A DNA stretch of 64,000 bases from Phoronis australis (lineage: Eukaryota; Animalia; Phoronida). Under the pieces are notes generated by a model. That model was not told where the DNA came from, searched no databases, and worked only from the letters and a program-made list of their open reading frames with translations. Location of the stretch: positions 640,440-704,439 of the forward strand of contig NMRA01000149.1 in NCBI GenBank assembly GCA_002633005.1, given 5' to 3'. Below are positions 20,764 to 33,100 of this stretch, one piece after another. Both the position numbers and the translations under genes were made by a program. Positions within the stretch are counted from its first letter, which is position 1. Each line of letters starts with the position of its first letter.

Positions 20764-22450
20764 TAAGAAACATAAAAGGTTGGACACTAAACATTATGGC
20801 ATTTTCCCGTTGCTCCCAACTTGTTCGATTCAAAAGCCCAGCAACAAGTTGGGAAGAACAACCCTGTGGCCAATACCTTACACGACTGATTAACTCCATT
20901 CTGGCATTGATGGTTGGAGGGCCATGCAGCTCTCTTTTGTTCGTTAAGTGCTCTAATCTCCAATAAGATCCTATCTACTAGCCTGACTGGGCTGTGTTGT
21001 TAAAAATAAAAGTTAAGTTATAACATATTTGAACATAAACCAATAGCATAATGGCTTTCAGAATTAAACACGCCATATGAACACCGTTTCCCAATTCTTA
21101 TCGCACAATTTCTTGAGCTATAGATCAAAATGAGCTTTACTGACAACATATATTGTTTGGTAAAATGGCATCTTAGAATCGCAGACGAAGGTGTGTCAAG
21201 AATGTTGCATTCTGATTGGTCAGTCATAATCCTGGCGATAGGTCAATTATCAAAACAATCTAAAAACTCTGAATTCAAGGACATAAAATAGTTAACATGG
21301 TAGATTCCAAACGGTTGTGTTTTAACCTGTAGGCCTGTCGAAGAGAAAATTTCAAGTTTGAGCATGCAACCCCCATGTAAAAGTCAACATTTTGCTCTGG
21401 GTCTGAGCTGCAGTCCTCTAGGGTAGGTTGTTTACTCAACTGTTAACTAAGACCCAGCAAAACATCTACGCCAGGTCACAGACAGTGGTGTTCTTCAATG
21501 GAACTATTTTAAAGTGTGCAGAGAGGGACTGGCACATCTGTACCTCTAGTTTTGTTTCTTGATATTGATACATGGTGTTACAATTTTATTTATTCCACTA
21601 TTAGGGGTCCCATAACAAAAAATCCAGGTATTGAATGCCTCCTTGGGAAGTCGAGTTTGTGCATGCTCAGTAAGATTTTCTGGATAGCAGATGGTTACAC
21701 ACAGCAAAGTCTTGTGACAATTTAAAAAATCACTCTAACGCCCACGGCATTTAAACGAAATGTAATAACATTAACTTTACACAGATTAATACAATTCCAC
21801 AAAAATACCTTGTTTTAGTATGGATAGTTAGGCATATCTTTGTCAAATGTGTGTCGATTTTGACCAAAAACATACCGTTGTGGTCGACATAAGATAATTC
21901 GAAATTAAATATCAAAAGAAAAATGCAACAGTTGAAATAACTGAATACTCACGCACATTTCACTCACAGACTGCCAGACGGATTATCACTGCAGTAAATC
22001 AAATGCGAAGCTGTTAACATAAACAAACTGCTGCACACTTGTTTATGTGGCCATCCCTATAAACCTACCCCAACTTACGGACCCTGGACTTCAGACCCTG
22101 AGCGGAATGAATTCATGATTAAGGTTACTAAATAAAAAACCTTCCACTTATGTGTAATGTGTTTCTTCTTATAGCTCATTTTATCACTTAACCTTGAATT
22201 CAGTTGCAAGAATCGGCGTATCTTGTGTTTGATCTTGACATTATGTGCTACTCTTTGTTAAAGCAGAACGAAAACTCGATTTTTGGCAGAGATTACCGAT
22301 ATGTGACCGCGACGTTAAGTCGCGCGATGGTAAATCACCTATCGGCAACTGCCAGAGTTGTTCGATGCCAGTTTCGTGGAGTTCCATGCACATTTGAGTA
22401 GAAAATTCTGAGCAAACATATTTTGAGTGTCCAACCTTTATGTTTTCTTA
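20764..22450. mobile_element. Putative 1.7-kb non-autonomous DNA transposon with about 33-bp imperfect TIRs
   Basis: TAAGAAACATAAAAGGTTGGACACTAAACATTATG at the left vs CATATTTTGAGTGTCCAACCTTTATGTTTTCTTA at the right; the left 260 bp recur inverted at 25561-25810 and a fragment recurs at about 38372-38410. Confidence 0.6.
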
Positions 22451-22614
22451 GTAGTGAGTGACGTTGGTGATAATCGAGGCACAGATAAACTCAAGCGCCT
22501 GTGAGCGTAGCCAGCTATCTAGCTGTATGTTAGATGTCTATGTAGCCAGCCAGCTAGCTGTATGTAGACTATCGTCAAAATACAGCTAGGTACCGCTGTG
22601 TGTTTTTCTTCCAT

Positions 22615-22795
22615 AGACCCCAAAATTGCGCACATCCGGTTCTGCTCGTCAACTTGACCTATAACAACGCGTAGAGCTAAAGACTGGACGCCGGGTGCAT
22701 GCAAAATCTGGGAATCAACTGACTTTCACCTTGCCCGCTACAGCCGTTTAAGTGGAAAACAATCTAATAAATGTCATTTTCTTGTGTAATCCTCT
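22615..22795 (+). repeat. Dispersed repeat, homologous to 27350-27555
   Basis: Shared GCAAAATCTG..TCACCTTGC..TACAGCCGTTTAAGTG.AAAACAATCTA.TAAA..CATTTTCTTG..TAATCCTC. Confidence 0.7.
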
Positions 22796-24149
22796 TTACC
22801 TTTACACTGCGTTCATTATTTCAACATTCACGTGCAATGTCATCTGAATTTGCAGAGCGTAATACAAAAATGTTTAATCAGCCAAGTCGATTCCAACTTG
22901 GTCACCAGTGGACTAGGTCACGGGCGGAGCCAACATATTAAGTGGGTCAAGCTGGTGCATTGGGTCCCCTAAAAGTAGGTCAACAGTTCATTGTTAGACA
23001 CACGATGTGCTGGGAGAACCCAAGTGCGAAATGGATACAGTATTTGAGTTGGTGGTTAAAGTACGTCAAGAGCATAAGATCGAAATAACATTTTAAAATG
23101 TCAAATTACCCAATTATGGAATTTGTTTGAGGATTTATCTCTTTTCACAACTTGCGGTGTTCATAAACGCGAAGTCACAGAGGCGACTCCTAACATTTGT
23201 TCTGAACGGTTGAATGCTTGCAGACACAACTCCTTCAGGATTAAAACTTATGTTTTGTTTTCAATTTTCTTGGCATCTTTCTATCATGTATACGTCATTG
23301 ATGCAATATTATGGCAACTCCGTGTCATACGGAGCTGCTCTGTGCCTGGTGGGAGATTTGAGTTGAATGACAGCCCCATAATCTTTGATCTCAGATAAGT
23401 AAACAAATTTCCACGTGGTTGTGCAGTTCCAAGGTGGCTCTGCTAAATCTTTTTTTTTCTTGCTACTTGCTACTTGCTACATATATTTCGTATTTGAAGT
23501 TCCCCGAGAATGAAGGTTAAGTATTTTTCATAAGACCTATGTGAAATAATATTGTTAAAATGACCAATTTTTGTCAATAAGGTTTGAGATTATCCTTAAT
23601 TCACTGGTCATCAGTTTATAAAATCATGGGTTTTGTGGAGATATTCATTGATATGGGTGAAAAGTGATTACATCAACAACTCCAAATTGGAGTGTGGTTT
23701 TATTGTATTCAGTTGGACCAACGCCTTTGTTCAAACTTGTAAAAGTTACTTTTTAATTTCTGGTGCCTTTGAACAAGACAGGTTAGCGTATTGACCATGA
23801 TTTTTTTTCTAAAACAGATAAACCGGTGGTTTTTCACTTACAACTTTTGTCCCAATGTAATTTTTGGGAAGTGGCATTTTGGAACGTAAAGGTTGTAAAG
23901 TCTTCTAAGCTGTAGTGAAGTCACACTTTCTGTCCCTATTAATATGGTGATATATTGCCAAATAGATTTAGAGAGACCTTCCTGTGCATACTGTGTCAAA
24001 TTTTACAGTAAACATAACCTACAGTAGGCTCACATTTTGTTCAGTTTGTGGGTAACACTAAGGGTTGGAAGGACTGTTGAAAAAAACTGCAAGTGGTCAT
24101 TGACAATTCTTTGTAGTGAACAGTCTTTCATTTCAGCCTATCTTGGTCA

Positions 24150-27100
24150 ATGTCTCAACAACAGAGAGATGAGAATGAGGTTGGTCCTCAAGAAGAAGAC
24201 CTATTGGAAGGTGATGTCCCAGACTCACTAGCCCAGCCTGCAATACCTGAGGGTTTGTTCATTTATTAATAAATGTTTGGTGTCTGTATTGCTTATTAAA
24301 TATAACAATTAAAGCATTAGTCTCAGTTCACAAACTAGATCAGTGCTAGTGTGTGTTCATTTTCAGAAAAAGAATTGAAAGATAATCAAAACAAAAATAG
24401 TAATGATGGGACTGTAAAACCACCTGTGGATGATGAACCCTCAACATCAACTCAGGCCTCAAAGGCACAGGTAAATTTTCCTCTGGTATTCTATAAAGAA
24501 AGGGAAGTTTTGTTCTATATGGTAATTTGACATGACCTCTTTATTTGTTTAGTTTTGACAAAACAGGCACATGATTACAACTGTGTTCTCTTTAGATATT
24601 TGTGTTGCCTTTGACATTGCATCGTTAAGTATAATTGTTTATTGTTGTCTAAGACTGAGTTGAAATAAGTTGTTTTTGACATAATGCAACAGGATAGTGG
24701 AATCAATCTCTTCTACACAAGACATTTTTTTCTGGTAATCTTGAGATTTTTCTTTCTTATAAAGGACTTTGCATCTTGCTCAAATTTAAACAAGAAAGGG
24801 AAAGCAAAAACGAACCAGAGTGAAGTTTGTAGCACGGATCAGGTTTGTAATGTACGATTTATAATTGTTATATGGCATTGCCATCATGGTATTACTTTGT
24901 AAATAAATTATGTTTACGATACTTCTTCACTTATTTGCACAAAAATAATTGCCAAAACTGTCATTTTTTCCCATTTTTGAGAAGCTGATAACTTTACTGG
25001 AGATAATGAAAAATTTACCAAAAATTTATTTTTGTGGAGAAATTTGCCAAGATGGAACTTCTTTGTCGGCTGTATTGTGTGCTAAATATGTGAAGAGTTA
25101 CCAAAATTAATAAAAATACTACAAATGAAAAAAAGATGCAATAAAACATCGAGTTCGAAATCTGCGTCTGTCAAGTTTGAGATCAGCGTCTGTCAGTGAG
25201 GCTTAGCCACATGTTCTCAATCATGTGTCAGACAGTTGAGAAAATTACTGTAAAAACCCAATATTTTAATTACGGCCACATGAGAGTCTCAGTGACGCAT
25301 CTCAAACTGCTATCCATGACGGCATTCTGTCGTTCAGCAACTTTTCCAGACGGTTCTGAACGTGCGATAACATCTGGCTCCTTTGTAAACTCCCCGGCTC
25401 AGTCTTTTGTCCCGTATGATAATAAGCTGGCCAATTATCTTCCAGGCTTCAAAGGGTTACTGAAACCTGGCATAATGGATTGTCTTAACTTCTGTTGTAG
25501 TTGGGCGATTTTGGTGTTTAAACAACTAAACATGATCAGCATTTTACAAGAAATTCAGAAATGCTATTGGTTTATGTTCAAATATGTTATAACTTAACTT
25601 TCATTTTAGCAGCACTGCCCAGTCAGGCTAGATACAATCTGATTGGAGATTAGAGCAATTATCGAACAAACGAGAACCGGCCCTCCAACCATGAATGCCA
25701 GAATGGAGTTAATCAGTCGTGTAAGATATTGGCTACAGGGGTGATCTTCTCAACTTGTTGTTGGGTTATAGAGTCGAACAAATTGGGAGCAACGAGAAAT
25801 CGCCGTAATGATTCTACTGATAGCTTGAGTTTTGTTTTACAGAGTGGAAGTGAAAAGGAACACTCAAAAGCCTGCCACCTGTTGACAGATGAGCAATGGG
25901 AAGATATTTTTGACGCAGTCCTCAAGCAAGCTGGTAAGAATTTGTTTTCTGCAGTTAGTTTGGATTGATTCTTAATTAGCACTATGTGGGCTTTAAATAA
26001 ATTAAAGTAATCTGGACCTGAGTTTGGTGAAAATTCAAACTGAACCATTTTTGTATATGGCGATCTTACCAAAAATCCCTGGCCATGTGTCCTTGAATTC
26101 GTTAGCAATAATTACAGAAGAAATCATCCAGGGCCCCTGCAAAAGCTAAAAGATTTGTCAATCAGATACCAATGACCTCAATTTAACTCTCAGGAAGAAG
26201 CTGGCCACAAAAACATACAGCGAACTTGTCAAGGTTTTATTAGATCGATATGAAATGCTGGACGTGCTGAAATCAAACAGCCATTAAACCATGGTGAGAA
26301 AAATCTGAAAAGGGGTGTCAGAAATTGACTATGGGTTTGTTTAAGAAGGTAGCTATGCTTTGAGATTGTGCATGGATGGAAAGAGAATGGTTAAATCCAA
26401 TAATTAATTTATTATATTACAAGCACTAATTAAAACAAGTGAAACATTAAGTATACAACCAATGAATAAGGGTAACTAAGCTAGTGCCCTCTGTAAAGGT
26501 TACTTCAATCAATTAACTATAAATAATCAAACATCTTACATGGTGTCCAAGCTGCAGGACTCAATTCTTGTTGGATAACAGTCCTGTTGGTGAATCTTTG
26601 AGCTAACACACTACTGCGACAGCATGCTATGAACATTCCCACTAAATAAAATTGGTTCTAACCCCAGTGGTTAAGGTAAACGGCGGGGTATGGAAAATTG
26701 AACTAGACCGTATTTATCCACCTTGGCTGAGTCGCACTCGGCTCACGATCAAAGGGATGCCGCCAGGCTGCTCTAGTAATCGAGTCACGAGCGAGGATAA
26801 TTGGCTTCGCTCATGCGGATATGATCAGCTGATTACAATCTAGCTAGCAGACTGTACTTTTTATGGTGAGAGTTTTACATAGTTTTTACTGTAATATTTG
26901 AAAAGAGGAGCGAAAACAAATATGAGTACAACTTTGAATTTTTCAAATCGGCCCAGGATAAAAGATTTTGCAACACAGCAACACTCACGATTACTTTCAT
27001 TCGGCGCGCACTAATACAAAAATATAGGACCCAAGTTATTTAGATTTTGGAACACATGCATTGCAATATTCAAAATACTTTTATTATGAATCTTACAAGC

Positions 27101-30100
27101 TGTAAAACGACGTTGTTAATTTCATTGTGTTCATTCATTGTCATCCGTCAAATCGGCAATTTCCGAGATGTGATCTGCGGCGTGCGCGTATGTGTACAAA
27201 ACACGTGATTGTTATGTTCCTGAAGTACGAAAATTAAGAAGGCTTTAACATGCCGTTATTATTGACAGGGACACGATAAAACGAATTTGGATTTTGACTA
27301 TAGTCTTGATACAGCGATCTGACTGACCACTGCGTCAGTGTCTCCGTTAGACCCAGAAATTTCACACAGCCCGGGTAGTTCATTTCGTCCCCAACATGTA
27401 GATCGAGCCTTGGACTATTAATACTCCACGGCAGAGCTAACGACAGTCGGCCTGTGCACACAAAATCTGTGAGTTAACCAGCACTCACCTTGCACGTTAC
27501 AGCCGTTTAAGTGAAAAACAATCTAGTAAACGCCATTTTCTTGCATAATCCTCCGCCTTTTGTAACAAAAAAGTCTATCGTCGATGACCCGCACACGCAC
27601 GCTCACTCACTCTCATACACAGACGACCTTCAAAACAAACGTCACGTGACAACAACATGTGTGTTCATCCAGAGATTTTTCTCTTGTTGTGGAGTACGAT
27701 GTAGCGCACATTTGGACTTAATCGCAATTAATCTGGACTCCACATGAACTTTAAAAATTGTAAAACATCAGGAAGATTTCAGGTAATTTGTTGAGTCGAA
27801 ACTATATTTTTATTCAAGAGTACAAGTTTTCCTATTGACGATGGCGATTCAGCGGCGACGCATCAGTCGGCAAGTTTTCGCCCTGTGATGAGCACAATTT
27901 TTTGAAAAATTATCGTAATTTAACAACGGAAGTTCATAGCAATGCACCACAATTTTGTAGAAAGACTGTCATAGGCTAAAAATTCGTCACAAAGCGTAAA
28001 TTTTATGAATCCTAGCTTCCGATTTTACCCGTTTGGGAAACCGGCTTTCAACTGCCGTAGGCTACAATAAGAATCCCCTCCCGTGAAATGATTTTCTAAG
28101 CGTTTATTAGAGCCAATACAGTATACAGCTTTCCACCAAGGCTAGGTGATACTACGACATTATTCTTTGTTGCATTAGTAACTGGTCTTGGCTAATATTA
28201 TCATTTTATGGCCTGGTCATCCATTCAGCCAAAAGTAGTTCCAGAGGTGGCTTATCAGCCAATTATTCACGCATGCTGACTCACAATAGAAGCCTGATAA
28301 GAGTGAAGGTGGATAAATGCGATGTTCCTACAGTTTCTTGTTTTAGTGGATGTGTTCACGACATGAGTGTACTTGCTGGTCACAGTCCTTTGTGACGCAA
28401 CACTTGCAGGCAGTATCTTCTACCCACGATTCTTCTTGCTGGTCACAGTCCCTCAAGACGTAACACCAGTAGGCAGTGTCTTACTACCCACAATGCAAGT
28501 GACAAGCTCTTAGTAAACTTCCTGTTCGTTAACCCTTGCCCTTCCCAAGATTGTCTTTAGAATCTTCCACAATATGGCTCTGTTGTACAATTTCTTTTGT
28601 ACACTGTAGCAGATCTTCTAGCTTCAACTACTAAATCCCATCTGAGTATTTTCCAAACTTTTGCCCAAATTTTAACTATGTACTTACTTAACAATTGGCT
28701 AATAAAAACCGGATGATCTTGTCTAATCATATCATTGGCTGTTACGATTTGATCTCAGAAATTTTTAGAATATTTAGAGTGCATTGGCCCCAGAACCAAA
28801 TTAGTAAACATCATCTAAAAATAGATCTTGACGTCAAAATACATGTTAACAAGTTTGACCCTATGGTTTAAAAGTACATGTGCACAAATTTTGGCCAACT
28901 TAAATGGAACTATCTGTACTAATTACTTATTCAATATTTACTCTGATATGGGGTTAACGTCACCAATTAGTTACTGATATCTATCCGTCATGAGTCTGAC
29001 AGCAGCTGTTCAGTTTTTGTCCCTGTTGGCCATTCTGGGAAATATCAATTAGCTGTGGTTGAAAGACCAACTTTCTTTTGACAGAGTTTGTTTTGTTGAG
29101 TAAAAGTAGATGTTTTCTGAAAAAATTTTTAGGAGGCGTGGAACGCGAAAGCTTGTCAAAATATTTTTTAAACAATTCCTTATGAAAGTACCGTATCTCA
29201 ACGTTTAGTACAGAGTAATTCATTTTCCCCTTTGAAGAAATTTCCAAAAAAATCACAACATTCACGATTTTTGAAATACACGCGAAGGAAAAATTGTGGT
29301 TACCACAGAGTTTCTAATCTTACTCGCATGCGCTCACTGTCAAATGGTTGAAGTTGTTTGAGGTCAATGGTCACATTTTCCATATAAAGGAAATGTGCTC
29401 TGTCTATGCCTTGGGATACCCAATAAGGAGACGTGCATTGCCTTGTGGGAGAAAAATAGATGGAAGTGGTGAGCAGTTTACAGGTCATTTTTTTTTAATT
29501 TGAAACTAAAAGAAAATGCTTTGATATCAACAGAAATTAAATATCTTAACTAACAAACTATAAAAATACCTGGTGAGCAGGTTGAATTCTGTTTCAGTGG
29601 CAATTAAAGAACCACGTTCAGTATTGCAATTTAATCTGTTTATCGTGTTCTAGGCCTCTTAAAAACTTTGGAAACTCGCACAATCTTGTCTAGTTTCAAT
29701 TCCAAATAATAAATAATTCAAAACGAGTTAAAAATAAGATTCAGCAACTTTAACTTTAAATTTGTGATGATATTTTCTACTCTCTTGGGTTCCAATTACT
29801 GTTTGAATTGTTTAGAAGTGAGAGTTTGATTTATGCCTAAATTGTAAAAGTCTATTTTACCTTTTTCTCTTTCCTCTTTTGATGTGGGGGAAGGTTATTC
29901 GTGTATAAAGTATTTATTGTTATTTTTGCATTTCAAGAGGAGGAAATGAATGATGAACCAGTGGCAAACAAGCCAGAGAAACTGGATGACTTTGAAGGGG
30001 TGTTGAAGGTTGCTGAGGAGGCTGAACTCATGTTTGATGATGATGAAGGTTGGAATGAAGCATTATATTTCACGTGTACAAAGTCATGCACCTTCCAACA

Positions 30101-33100
30101 CATCTTTATGTGGACTTTTTAAAACACTGTGTGATAGAAGGTGTTTGGACTAAGAAAAATTTATGGTCATGGCTGTTTTTAAACCAGCAGCTGAACTCTC
30201 TTGCTTTTAAATAACAAGTCGTGTTAATTTGATTGCATATATATGCCATATTGAGGCAATGTTTCCGCCATTCTGTTGTTCTTCCCAGCTATGATACCCC
30301 TTACTGAGACTGAGCACTGGCAGGAAGAAAGTGTAATATAAATTGAGAGCCTCCAAATGCTAAAGTGCTGCTTGCCTTTAGGTGTTCTTTTATTTTTAGG
30401 TTAACTGTTACCTTCTCTAACCAATTATTGTTAACAAATCACTTGGTGCCAAAAGTGCTGTGTATGGTATTATTGTGTTGGTGATTAGTCCAGCCTTAAT
30501 ATTTGCTCATTTTACATTTACGTCTCCTGGCCTACGTGTGTATTAGCACAACCGCTATTATGATGTACCCCAACCTACATGGCTTAGTAGTACTCAAGTG
30601 TAATGATTTTATAGCTATTTTGTTGAAAGATAGCACAAACCTGTTATCGTAAAAAGGTCAATGGGCTTATGCAGGAGTCTGTATTAGCCACCTTGTAAGC
30701 TCTGGGTTTATACCTAGGAGAATATGATAATACCGATGTTTGTGACTGGAAATTTAATGTTAAGATCTTGTGATTTATGAATCTGTAGTTGATGATGGTG
30801 TTCCTCACGAGGATATTGTAAACAATGCTGGTGAAATGGACGAAGATGGTGTTGCCCTGGGAGATGGGGACTATCCAGCAGAGGTGGAAGCATTACCCGA
30901 ACAAGCTGCACACCTGGTCAATATTGATGAACTGGATGATGAGATGAGGTGAGCTTGTTATTAAGACGAGAATATGAACTGTTAGAAATATCGGAGCTTA
31001 CAGTACCTCGGTTTTTGGGCCAAGGATTGACCTCATTTCCTTCTGAAAACATGCAAAAGTCATTTAATTCCCCAGACTAGACTAGAAAGTTACGTTTGAG
31101 TGACTAATTGATCCCCGCTCAAGTCTCATAACTTTCCTTCATTGGCACTGGTGCCTTTTCCCTGCAGCTGAGCGTGAACCCTGCAATAAGAATAGTAATG
31201 ATAATACTAGTGTTGACTATGGATCTATTTATGCCTTTTGTCCGTCTCTCTGAAATGAAGAATGTGTAGGTAGTGTTCAAACCTTTGTCATGCCATTTTA
31301 CTTTGCAGTCTCTGCTTGAAAGATTGATTGAAAGAATTGGATCTCTTGCTAAATTATTGTTAACCACCAATGGTTATGTCTTTTGGTACTTATTAACATT
31401 GAATTTTCTTGATTATAATAGGCAGGGAAACAAATGTGCCCCCCCCCCGCCTTTTTGCTTTATTTGATTGCTACATTTGAAAAATGTGTAGCTTCATCAG
31501 TTTTCAACAAAATCTTAGGCAAGTGTAAACTGACACTATTTGTCTTGACATGCTCAGTGGTGACTCTCTTGTCCATCTTGTTCTTACTAGAAATTTTCAC
31601 AAACAGGCTCACCTTAAGCCCTTAGGCCTATGGTTGGAAACATTTCTGAATTTAGACCCATGAAAGTTAATATGAACATGGACGAGGACCAAATTAACTG
31701 TATTCTTTAATTTAGTTGACACTGTTCATTTTTGGGAAACCTGGCAAATCGCTGACATGTCTTCTGTGTATTAGGTCCTCTGATTCTGAAAGTATGTTTG
31801 AGCTTATATTTGGTAAAAAACTTGCAGATTTCTTAATGTTTGCTGTGAGTATTGCTATCAGAAAATTCTAGTAATGCACGTTATTACTATTATTATTTTC
31901 AGGGTGGCTTTTGTACAAAGTGTCAATGAGACTTCACCTGTTGCAAGTGATCACGAAGATGAAAATAGGGAGAAGAAAAAGGGACGTAAAAAGAAGGACA
32001 AGAAACATGAGAAATTGAACAAGTTTGCTCCCAAACAGTTGGATTTCACCAAAGAAAAGCTGAAGCCCAAAGGCTTGAAGGGCGACTTTGGTACAGGACA
32101 AAATTTCTTAGGCTATAAATTATTATTCTTTTAGTTATCTTTTTATCAATTTCTTGGCTCCAGAGTTTTATGAATGTCTTCTTTGGTTTAACCAGTCGCT
32201 GTTGTCATTTCTTCTCAAAACTCTACAATTTTGAGGTGTTTTTTCTATCACTGTAGATTTGACCTTGTGAAAAAAATATGAAACAAAATCTGTTGTGATT
32301 ATTTCTGTTAAGAAATTGATAAACTTTATTCTTTAAAATCTTGGGTAAAATACAGGTTTTTGATAAAAGCATGAACTGGGAATGAGCACACACTCAGGTA
32401 TTCAAACCTGTGCATAGTACCTGCGCAATCAAGTCTACTGTTGATATTTTTATTAGCAGCTGCAAAGAAACTGAAGAAGAAGAAGCAAGCAGACAAAGCA
32501 CAATTATCGAAGAAGGCTAAACTACTGGGCAGAAGTATTGAGCAACCTGGTACTTGGGTTCAGTGTGACGATTGTGCTAAATGGAGACACTTAGCAGATG
32601 TTCATGACCCGTGTACGCTGCCAGAAAAGTGGACTTGTTTTATAAATAAAGGTGAGAATCTAGGCTGCAACTGGATATATAGGCAAAAAAATTCATATTG
32701 TCTAAATTTCACTAAAAATTATAACTTTTACGTAAGGTTGGGTATCTTGTTAATATGGTTTGTTCGCCATCATAAAACATCGCGTGGTAAAATTTTGAAC
32801 AATTGCAACAATGTACTATGTGTCTGAAATAAGAAAAATAAATTTTGTCCTGGATTTTTACATGATACATTGCCAATATCCCTTAAAGCATGCACACATA
32901 CAACTAAGAACTGAGCTAGCGAACAATAAGTCTGATCTGAGGATGTATTAGACAGTGTCATCTGGTGTTATGAGAGTTGAACTCATCATCTTCAGATTTG
33001 GCATTGAATACTGAGAAATGGGCTGCACTGCCACCTCAGTTCGATATAGGTTTGTAATGATTTTAAATTCATAATCGGTGGCCAGTTCCACAGAAAGATG

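Noticed and set aside
25196-26108. 133-aa and 131-aa ORFs as nested genes or transposase remnants
   Set aside because: No recognisable motifs; they overlap repeat DNA or lie antisense to a ZCWPW1 exon
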